This document shows positions 25,001 to 37,000 of a stretch of 64,000 nt of DNA, piece after piece. The first letter of the stretch is position 1; each line of letters begins with the position of its first letter. Under the pieces are notes generated by a model. It saw only the letters and a list, made by a program, of their open reading frames with translations, was not told where the DNA came from and did no database searches. Source of the stretch: Pavona decussata (taxonomy: Eukaryota); the NCBI GenBank assembly GCA_977016875.1, contig CDRNST010000004.1:682001-746000 (forward strand). Reading direction: 5' to 3'. Both the position numbers and the translations under genes were made by a program.

Positions 25001-28000
25001 GATCCATGTTATTTTAGTCAGCCCAAATTTCAACAATTTACAACAATTACGTTGAAATCATCTTTTCGGGAGGTCTTTGACAGGCGATAGAATCACAATT
25101 TAATTTACGAGTGGGATGATTGTCCGCTTTGCGCTTTCCTGGACCTCGAAATGGAAATCACGGTAACAGAATGAAATTAAAGAGACGTATTTCAATTATT
25201 TTCAAATACCAAAGGATTACAGAAAGAAGTCGCGTGTAAATTCAAAAGTAATTTATTATTTCATTACCGATGATAGTACTTAGCAGTATTTAGATGAACA
25301 ACAAAACTGGCCCAAGACCGCCGATTTGTGATCATATACCATACCTTTTCTCGCAACAAAAAAGAGACCAAATCAAGCGTGCTAGGTGATCGAAAATAAA
25401 CAGCTTTGCAACGACTACAAGCTATTGTATTATTGTCCACGTGATTAACGTGCGGAAAGATGACGCTGTTACTACAAGAATTATATATGTAGTGCATTAA
25501 CAACAACAGCGACAACAACAATAATACTTTATTTACCCACGCTACATCTAGGAGTGATAAAAACTCGTTAAAACATGAGCGTGAAACGAAAAGCATCAAA
25601 AAGAAAAGAAATAATTTAAAAATTACTTAAATTACTTAAATCTTAGATCTATCTATAAACCTGCTTCTTCAAAAGACATCTAAAAGTAGAGATATCCTTG
25701 GCATTTCTAACATACGTGAATAAAGTGAATGAAACTGTATGTTATAGAACAGAAGATGTATTTACTGCTGAGAGTGTAAGTTTTTCAGTGGTGTAATTTC
25801 CGCTGGGCAGAACAGTTGTTCAATTTACCTACGAATTAGAGCTTACTTCGATTGATGTCATCAGAGTTTGCAAGGCCGATTCGTATTTCTCTTGGTTTCA
25901 CCTCCTTTCGAAAATCATTGTTCAATTCTCGAAACAATAAGGCAACTTTATCCTGGCTGGGGAGATGTGAGTGGCAGGTTTGACGCCAGGGAAGGAGGCT
26001 CAATGCCTTGCTGCTTAAAGCTTTAGAAGCCATAATAACATTTAACTTACCTTCTCATGTTGGCTGGGCACTCCAAAATGAACAGTGCGTGTCGTATCTG
26101 TCGTACCATCTCTAAATAATAGAAAACAACACTAAAGCATAGCAACGATAGCCAATTGTCGACACAGTGTTTATGTATTTCTACCCTCACGATAATGAGA
26201 TCCTCCTTCGTTTAATTCCCGGGCATTCGATAGCCTTAGACATCATTCATTGTTCAGGTACTCTCCTGCACACATATTCCCCCGCAACAAGAGATTATTA
26301 GCCCTCCTTTTCTACTAATGATACTTTCACAACGGGATTCAAGGGTTAAAAATTTTGCACGTGAAAACTGCGACCATGGTATATCGCATGAAGACGATAT
26401 AGCGGGCCAGGCCTTCTTTTCCACATACAGATGTTAAAAAACGGTAGAAACTAAGGTAAAATTTAATTTATTTAAGTAACTTACAAAGTGATTAACTAAA
26501 TTTCATTAGGTTAGTTTATTCCACGAGGTTCTAGAGTCGTGGTTTTAGTAAACATGTGTGACTCCGGAGGGCTTGGCACGAGGTGAATAAATCACATATC
26601 CACGATATGAGCAGGTGGACAATTTAAAAGTAAGTAGGTTATCAAGTGAGATGCTATTGAAAACAATTGGACCAATATGTATATACTTTCGTAAGGATGC
26701 TGAAAATACACATTCGGGTTTCCACGTGGAAACTCGTCCTGTAGACACGTCGTTTGTTCTTCTGCCTCCATTGTCGGGGAGTAGGGATGGCGCGGTGCTG
26801 AGAGCACTCTCCTCCCACCAATATGGCCCGGGTTCGATTCCCGGACTTGGCGTCATATGTGGGTTGAAGTTGTTCTTGGTTGTCGTCCTTGCTCCGAGGT
26901 TTTTTTTTTTTTTTCGGGCACTCAGGTTCTCCTCTCTCCACAAAAAACAACATCCTCAAATTCCAATTCGACCTGGAACGCACGGACATCTTTGAATGGG
27001 TTCCTAGAGCTCTTTGGTGCTCCGTGGGTAAATAAGTTACATTTTACATTTTTTTTTTCTTTCTTTTTTTTTTTTTTTTACCTTTTTTACATTGTTTTTA
27101 GCATTTCTAATTTATATTCTTTTACGTCATCCGAGAGTTTAAAAAGCTCAGCTTACATGAAGTTTATCCTATTTCATTCACAAAAAGATGTTCAAATGCA
27201 CTTGAACTTATGGCTCAAACCTGCTTTCACAACTGGAAAAAAGGCGGGAAAACTTTATCGTCGAAAGTAAAACGAGACGCTACAATGTGGTTCTACGAAA
27301 CATTTACTTTTTGTCAGGTTTCGTTGCACCAGTACTCGGCAAGAAATTTTGTCCAACCAGCTTAAACATTGCAATAGATTTTAAACGTTGTATCACCTTT
27401 TCCCTAGTCCTTGGACTTATTTATATTTTGGCTGATTGGTAAACAGCCTTAATTAACAGCGCAAACCTTACAAGTATTGTCCTCCAGAATCCAACAGAAA
27501 AATGCCTTCTTTGTTGATCTTCGCGTCTGTAAATCTATTTGCTCTGCAGGGTAAGAAATGCAGAAAAAGTACTGACGATAGTCAAACAAACCAGTCTTAC
27601 AAAATTCTGAGTGAGTAATACGATTTTAAAAGCGGTTTATCACTGGAGCGAATGACCGCCAGTAACGCCATCACAAAGAACTAAACAGACCAGAGTTCCC
27701 GGGGACGAGGTCCCACGCTTCCAGTTGCCAAGAACTTTCTGAGTTATTAACTTGACTTACTTGTAATGAATAATCGCGCTGTTTGGTCCAAAGCCAGAAA
27801 TTGTCGCAAAGCTAGGGCTTATGAAGTTCTCCTGTTGACTTTAACAAGATAGGATACAGAAGATTAAGGCATTTCTGAATAAAGAGCTGTTTGGCGTAGT
27901 GAGCCTCAAATTTCAAGTTAGCTCAACGTGACTTGCCAACTCATTTCAACGTATCTATCCCTTTTGGTGCAAGTTTTGATTTCATAATGATCTTAATTGT

Positions 28001-31000
28001 TAATAAAGAATGCTAAAAGGTACAGAAATACGAAATAATATAATTGCGCGTAACTGAACTCTGTAACCGCTCAGTAAATTCAGGCTCCGCCCACCCGCCA
28101 GCTTGCGTTATTTTTACGGGGGATGGAAGGGGTGGTCTTATTTTCATAGTTTTGAAGCCATAAAAAAGCTATTTAATGAAAGGACTTACAAGATAAATGT
28201 AATGTATGTTTGGGCACAGGTGTAATCTGAAAGTTTCATACAAGCACCAAAATATTTCGAAATCTTAATGCCAGGAATCAGTAAGCTGCTGCTTCACGAG
28301 ATGACTAATAGAGCGGTAAAAGACGAGCCTGTGTTAACAATAATTTGTCTTACGATCTAAAGTGTAAGAGCTTTGTTTCAGCTGTAAGTTCTGTAAGCTG
28401 CGAAGAATTCCTTGAAATCTGTAACATAAATAAACACACCAAGTTAGTGCAGCTCAGGAGGTCAGGGAAAGTTCACCAGACACGCCGTAGTTAGTTTCTT
28501 CTGGCTTTTAAATAACAAGTTGCTAGGTTAACAGACAGTTTACTTTCGGAGACAGTGGATTCCGTCGCAAGGTAAAACGTACAAAAAAATGTCAGCTTTT
28601 CCCAAGCTTTGAGGGTGCATGCTATGCGTAATCGGTTCATTGTCAACACAAACGGATTCCGTGGAAAGATATATTCGGGGACAAAGACCATGATCTTGAA
28701 ACTACGCTATGATGCAAAAGACACAAAAAACAGACAAGTGAAATTGTGAGACGAAATATAAGTTGTTACCATTTCTAAAGGGCTAGATCTAAAGGAACCA
28801 CTTCTGTACTCTCCCCTCCACATAGCAAAAATCTTGGATCCATTACTGTTTAGTAAAAAATTCATTTATTCTACATACCTCCTGTTCAATCCAAGCAAAA
28901 AACTCACACATAGCCATACAATCCTTTAGCTGAAAATGATAACAATTGGAATGCAATTAACAACGAACAAGACGCTTGAAATAAAATTGCTCTGCTTCAA
29001 TATTTTTACGTTCTGCCAAAGTATATTATCTATGCGCAAGTGAGAAGCATCGAGCACCAGAATAACAATTTTATTACAAACGTCCAAAAATATTTCCGCC
29101 CAATTGCCAAATTTTAATAATAACGGTACAGTTTAGAATTGTTTACTCTGCCGACTGATTTTGCCGTATTACTTCAAGTTCAAAATTCCAGCAAAATAAG
29201 CGCAATCAGAATATTTTCATTTTATCGTCAGTATTATTTGATATTAAGAACTGGAGCAGGGATTTGGTTGGCTTAGTGGCCATGGTGTATGAGCCATTGT
29301 TATTAAAAACAATCAGAAATATTGCTATATTTTGCTTATTTCTCTTTGCAAGGACAACCAGAAGACAATTTAATTGTCGCTGTTTCTCAGGCATGGTATA
29401 ATGGCTCACATACCATGGCCGCTAAGCCAATCAAATCCCTGGAATTGCATTATACAATGATTCAGTTTTTAATAAAACCGAATAGGCGCACGGTAACATA
29501 AAATTTACTTGCTTTATACATTAAAAGACATTTCTTTCTTCATGTTATTGATGTTAACTTTCATGCCGAGTGTGTTAATAAGAAACGCTAAACACTTTTT
29601 ACAAATTTGTAGACTTTGGTAATCGATACCAATTGATATCAATCGAAGATTGATATCGACGTTAATGACGTATTTTAATATGGTCGGATAGATGAATGGG
29701 TTTATTCTTCAACTTACATTAGCTTTTTTCAATCCTTCAATTTCTGTCGGGTTCTTCAAAGCCTTTGGTAAGGCAATTGGAGATTCATCTACCAACAACT
29801 TTTCCTAACAAGAATAAAATACGTTATCAATTCAAGTACAAATCAGTTCGAATGAAATGAGATCAAGAGAATTGTTTTTAATCAAAAAGGAAAGTAGCGA
29901 CAAGCGGAAAAGAAAAATTGTTTCCCATAATTTTTTGAAGACTTGTTCCGAGCTATGCAACGTAAAACACCATCACCTGTTACGCAAATTATTGAAACTA
30001 TAGTTTTTACAAAATTAAGTCAAACCACGTACCTTAGGAATGTTCATTCGTATCCCATGACTTGTTGCTGTGCTGACCTGAGTTGATAAAAGAGATCAAC
30101 AAACAGTCAGCAAATGAGAGATAAAATATTTTAACTAAACGGTCAGCATTGTCACCTGCTTAACCGTTCTGTTTTGCTTGTTCTTTTGTTGCTGTTGTTG
30201 TTGTTGTTGTTTGTTGTTTGTTGTTTGTTTGTTTGTTTGTTTGATTGTTTTTGTTGTTTTTTGTTGTTGTTTTTTTACCGATACAACAGCACGAGAGAGC
30301 CCAAGTCAATTAAACCATTCAAAGCGAATAAAGCAGAAAGATTTTCGAATGTTAAGTTCAAGTTGTCGAGCTAATCATTTTATCTCCAAAAAAGGCGGTG
30401 ATTGGACTTGCGAGCATGAGGAACCTTATAAATATAGTTTGATCAGATTCACGGGGCATAAGGGGTCAGCCTCGAAAAGCCGTAATGATTCTCTCAGACA
30501 TGAATTTTGAAGTAATAAAATTCATTTTGACTCTAAAAAGGAATCTTGAGCCGGGCGATTATAAAAATACCAACAATTATTAGACGTATTTGAATATGTG
30601 AAACATATATTTGAACTGCGGTTGAAATATTAAATAAAAGAAAGACTCTCGTAGTTATTAATGCAACTTAAGCAGTTGCAAAGAGAAAGCATGAAGCCTG
30701 AAGGGAATGGACTGCCTCTTCCCGCCTGGTGTTGGTCGAACTTCCATTCAAACAGCTGAAGTTACGTTCGCGTTGAGTCGACGACGCTAAAACAAAGTCG
30801 CACATGTAAATTACTTTGGAATCGGCCAGTTGTGATTAAACACACAAAATGAGTTGGAAAAGCAGACATTGGGCTCACCCATATTTTAGCGTGTGCTTTC
30901 TCAGCCAATCGTTTGACTTCCTCCGTTATAGCCTTGTATGGTTTCAGCTGAACACATAGCTCCTTTTTGCTAGGACATGAATTAACTTTTAAATGCGTTT

Positions 31001-34000
31001 CCACCTGTGACGTCACCTTTTTACGATCTACAAACAATCTGCAAAGTAAAGACCAAAATCTGAGAAAATTATCCCGAGAAAAATTAACCATACTGATGTT
31101 TTTGGAGGTAATAAACTGAACGAAAATGGTATAAGGTGAAATTTCTCTCTATTTTGTGATTTAAGTGTCTGATTAAAGTAGATGTAGATTACTTACACCT
31201 GGGAACACGACTGCAAGGAGCACACTACATCATCTCTGTGGTATGGCTACTACCTTACACATGCGCCAATAGAGTGGAAGCCATGGACAGTTGTTTCCTC
31301 CTTGTTAGGACTCAGCATCCTGGGGTAGCTACATGCAGACCATGCAGTAAGCAGGACTCGAAAGCACTGCTGACCATGGCTGCTACTCCTCTGATAATAT
31401 GAGTGTGCGCAAGTGTAAGATACTGGCTATACGCTAAGTTGGTATAGTGTGCTCCTTGCTGTCTGTAGTCCCCTGCGGTACTTCGCTGCACATGCGATCC
31501 TGTAATACGAATCTCTCCATGCGTCTTTGTCAAAGAGTGTTTTGATTTTCCTTTAGCCAGCAGCTCCTACAGCGATGGAGTGCAGCTGGAATTTAAGCCG
31601 CCCCTTGCTGTTGGGGGAGACCGAAGGATTAAGAAGTAATATTTCACGACACATGATCTCCATCTTGATGAGGTCAGAGTACTCGTTACAATTTTGCGTA
31701 CTGTTGCCTACATGCTTCCATGGAAAAAAAAACTTTGAAAGGTACTCTTTACATTTCCTATCCTGTAAAAGAAACACAGGACAACCTTTTTTTTACCGAA
31801 CAGCTACGAACTTGGCAGCGGGAACAGAATTGATACTGAATCTTATACGTGGGACTGTCGGCTGTTCTTGATCACTAAGATCTATTAAAAGGAGTGTTAC
31901 TGGGTACTTTTTAGTAAAGTAGATCAAATTTCGCTTAACTTAGGAATTTGGCAGTCTTTGTAATCGTAAAACAAATCGTATAACTGTTTAACACCTGCTC
32001 AGTGATCTTTCGAATATGCAACGAGCTACAGTTTGTTAAGGCAAGGAAAGTAACATCCCAAGAAATTCCTCCATTTGCTAATCTTATGCCAGTGCGAGTG
32101 AATTGTCGGAACACTATTGACTGCGAATCGTATATTTCAACTGTCTTTCAGTACTGCCAGCAACTAAATGTATGAGTCAAGATTTCCAATAAACACCAGG
32201 TTCCATAAAGAAGTTCTGGTCCACTTGATTATAAAGATGCCTGAAGGTAATAGGGCAACTCTCACTCAGCCACGGAGAAAAATTTCCCAAAAGACCCTGT
32301 CACACAAGCAACAGTCTCATGTTAAAGAAAGCAAATATTGTCTAGAACTTTGCGGATGCAGTTTGACCTGTTGCCTTTTCCCTTTACAGCTGTGATGTTT
32401 TTGTTGTCTTTTCAAAAACGAGATCGTTAGAATCCGTGGCCGAGTAAACGGACTCTTAAACTTAGCTTAGTTTTCATTCGAGCCCAGCCTTTGTTTGATG
32501 TCTTGAGAATTTGCACCAGTACTTCATCACTGATTTGGCACTGTTGTTGGATTTTCTTTTCGTTTCTCTACTTATATTTAGTATGAATTTTTCAACAACT
32601 TGGCATCACTTAAGAAACGTCTGCAAATGATGGATCTTATTTCCTTGTTCTTCAGTACAGCTCTTAATTAATCCAGAGAAAGATGAAAACCTTGAATTAT
32701 TTTATGCGCCATGATGTCCCTTTTTTGAAGGACTTTTCAGCAAAGGAAGGTGAACGATGAATCCCGTGTCATGTGAGGCTATTTCTCGTTCGCCCTTGTG
32801 ATTGAGCGTCGGACACATTTTCTCTAGTGAAAATTTATCGTTCGCGTTTCTGATTGGCTGTTTTATTTGCCCGCACATCATTTTTCTGGGCACCAGTTTC
32901 AGTGGGTAAATCTCAAACACATAAAATGAAATCTAATACCTATTTGCTGATATGAAGGCGTGACGCAACTTACGTTATATCCTCAGTTGTAACAATGGCA
33001 TAAGAGAAAAACACGGGCGTGTACTTGATGTCAAATCCACGAAGATTAAACAGCCCTAAAAAAGACAAGAAAACAATAGTGTGTGTAATTATTTTTCTTC
33101 TTCTGGATGTCAAAAAGCATGTATTCTACAAACCCATCAAAGGAAGACAACGCAAAAACGCTCTATTCTACGTACACACAGCAAGATCTCTTCATAACAA
33201 CAACAGCAAAAACATTTTGAGTTTGCATTTCAAATTATTGTTCGTTATTATAATTTGATTATTTGGCTAAGGTACGTTGGTAATTAAGGTATGGTCTACA
33301 TGTTTTTAAACATGTAGACAGCTTAAAAGCTGTATTGTTTCGTTTACAGTCTCTAGTTTTCCTATGGTTTTTGGGGCACACGCGGTCCACCTCTCTAACC
33401 GAGTAGTATAACGCAGGGGTGGTATTTTTCGATGCGATCCGTAGAAAACAACTTTGACTGGTTTCTGGGGGGACCAATCATTAACAGACTTGTTATATAG
33501 CACAACACAGGCACTTAAAATAGATCAATGTGGAAATCAAATGTATTAAGACAAAAGTGTACAAGTAACAATTTTATGTCTTATCTTGATGTTTTCCCCC
33601 ACAGACGTCTCTGGATGTAAGCAAGAAGGTTTCCTTCGCCGGTGAACAAAATTAGAATTTTTAACTTCCACAAGACATAAAATCGCTTGTTCAAGTGGGA
33701 AGAATCCGCACAGCGCGGAACGGACTTCATTACGCAGATATTCGCTTGATAAATAACGCGCTGACATGTCTACGACAACATCATACTTCCTTCAGTCACG
33801 TGCTGTTCATGGTAGCAGCGGTCAATATTCCCGGATAATAGTAAACTGTTACCCTCTGATCTCATAGTCTTTGAAATAATGCCCTTCCATTGAGATTTGG
33901 TGGGAAAAAGTCTCATTGGCCTTTGTCATGTGATTATGAACTAGCCAATGAATCCACAAGAGAAGGGAAGAGCTTTAGGTTGTACGGGAAGAGCTTTAGG

Positions 34001-37000
34001 CTGTACTACAGTCTGAAACTACTATATTGAAAGATTCAGCATTGCTCTTGGTAAGCACTTAAGCAAAATTCCCTAATAATGCCTTGAACTGAGGATCAAC
34101 TAACACAAGTGTACAGCCTGCGTCATCCCATCATGTTTCATATAACGATCTGTTTTGTTACTTACATGCTATTTCATCCAGCTTTTGAAGAACAACTGCT
34201 ATGCTAGATTTTGCTCGCAACGCCTCTCGCAGGGCCAGGACTTTATCTTCCCATTTTCTGCCTAAAATTAGAATCAAGTTTGCCTGTTTAGTAGTAACTC
34301 ACTAAATTGGAATGAACTTAAGTTACTTCATGTTACTTGTTTGGTTTCTAAGAGTCCGCAGCCTAGTACCTAGACTTCGAAGAGAACGTTTTTGCGGCAA
34401 AATGTCTCGGTTTTACAATAGCTTTTTATCCGAACGATTTTAGCACTTGATATTTGGGAGGCTTAAATTGGGAATGATACGGCATCGACTATTGCGAGTT
34501 CCATCTCAGCCTTGCCCGTTTAAGTTTGTGGTAACGAAGGGAAAGCAGCACACACTCAAAGATTATTGAAAGTGCTACAAGGATGGGCGCGAGAAATGCC
34601 TGGTTCCTCCACATTGCTTCCTCTAACTTTTCGTCGGTCTCAATTTTTATTTCATTGCAAGGAACATTTATTTTCTTGTTAACTTTAGCTTATGATGTAC
34701 TAAAATATGACCTTTTTTATAAATTATTTACCTGAGTAAGTGACATTGAGGACTATCAAGTTTCTCTTTACGGGCTTGGGTTTTGTTTTCCATATTAAGT
34801 CAATCAGGTTTTGTTTGATGGGGATCAATTGTATGCCATTTTTCTTGAGTTCCTGGTGACGTAAGAATAGCATTAATATACTCACATCTTCCTCGTCATA
34901 GGTCAGGAGAGAATCTAGTTGCCATACCTTTTCCATGAGATCCCATTCACCTATAAAAAAAGACAAGGTAATCATCAACAGCTAAAATTAATTATATTTT
35001 TCCTTCGCTCGGCTGCGCTGCAGCTGTTTGCTTTCACACGCTTTGCAAGGTTTGATTGAGTCTGGTTGCTTGCCCTGTTTCTGTGCGTGTTTTAACTATG
35101 GTGCTACTACGATGTCTTAGCCATAACTACAGAACAGGATTAAAATGCGAAATCTAAACATAGTACAACTATGTAACAGCTATTCTCCAAATCAGACAAA
35201 CCGAACCGTGAATATTTATAATACACTTTGAAATAACTACAAAGAAAACAGAAGGCCAACTATTTGCGGAAACTGAATAGACAAGTGAAAAGCAAGGTAT
35301 TCATATAATCTCAGGCAGTTAGGAGTTTTTGGAAAAGTACCGTTGTGGTTATTTTCGGAAGTTCAGAGTTAGCGATATGAGTAGTTTTAATACTGTATCC
35401 TTCTCAGGTGGGATCACTAGAAATTGAGAAGAACATATTTGAAAAACAAAAACAATATTATCTCAAGATTTAATTTAAATTTGATCATTTCTACTTACAT
35501 ATAGAGAAAAGAAAAGGGTCCACGCCGACCTTGGAGTTTTTGGAGAGGTTCTGAAATGACATGAGGACAATTCAATGTGCTGAGCTGATTTCTGTCCACT
35601 GGTGTCTTATTCTAAGTATTCTTACATGTAACTGGGTCCAGTGACAAAATCTGGTCTAAAAGTGCCTCGAATTCCGCTTACTTAAACTTTGAGTTTAATC
35701 GTCAACGGGTTAAAGTGACGTAGTACCTGTTGAACTACTGTGGTTAGAATTGTTTGGATAAAGCCCAAGACAATGCATGGTCACAGTCTTAAGAAATTTT
35801 GACAAGTCTTAGCGGAAGGTTGAAGGAAGTTAACAATTAAGCAGCTCTTAAGACTGGCGAAAATTTAAGCATAACGAAAAACAGGGAGATAGGGTCTGCT
35901 GAACCGCTTCGTTCAAGGATTTTTTTTTTCTCTCAGCAAAATCCTTCGTCACAATAATCTGTCTCTATTGAGCGCAAACACTTAGAAAACGGCCAGAATA
36001 CGATGAAAGTAAAACTGAAGGCTCCTAACCTGAACTAACCATTTGGACAGGCTTGGAGTTCCTTTTACTCCTACGGGAAATAATTACACCTATTTAGTAT
36101 CAACAACTTGTACCTACACTGTAAACTTGATTACAAACTTGTTTTTGGTTGGGGGAGGGGGGAGCGGCTAAGGCGCTTAAAATGAAATTTTTGTACTGAT
36201 TTTTTTCTTTCTTGTTTGTTATTTTGGTATCAATGAAGTTTTAAACAAGTAACCGTAGTCTTTTATGTGAACTTCGTCAAACTGGTTTTAAAAGAAGTCA
36301 TCCTTTTTCAAGGAGGACGGCTTTTTAAAACAATTTTTCTCTTTCTTTTCTTCTTTTCTTCTTTTTTTATCTTTTTTTTTTTCTTATCTCTAAACAGATA
36401 CTGGAATGTGGTAAATTTAGGAGGAAGAAATATATTATTCCACAAAAATTCTTGTCTGGCTTGTACCTTACACACACACACAAAGGTTGCGAAGTTAGAG
36501 AAGTATCTGCATTTTTTGTAATTTGCTTACTGAAAGGTGTCTCGACGTAGCATAATACCTGCATAATGCCATCATACGCAAATATGTCGAGAGAATAAAT
36601 AATCAAGTGAGGAAAATTCGCCTCCCTTAAGATGATTCCATTGAATTGCATTGCGCATTTTTACTGCACATGTACATAATTTCTCGCGTCCTTAACAAGC
36701 TGAAAACATTATTATTTTCTCCTAAAGCAGCATAGTGACCTATATTTGAACTCAGCTATTACCCTCTTTATGTTTAAAGACTTTTAGAAAAAAATGGCAA
36801 CACAAAAATGAGTCATCGCGAGAAATACGAGCTGGCCCACCACTCTCGGGGATAAAATAGTGGTACTGAGAAAACGCCCGCAACAAACATTTTGGGTTAC
36901 TACTGCTTCATATTGTGCTTCCCTGCCAAGAAATTTATCTTTAATTGCTGTTTATGCTGAATACATTCTATGTATAACGTTTACTGTTCGAAGTTTGCGT

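Noticed and set aside
30174-30510. Poly-Leu/poly-Cys ORFs resembling signal or membrane peptides
   Set aside because: (TTG)n microsatellite in an intron.
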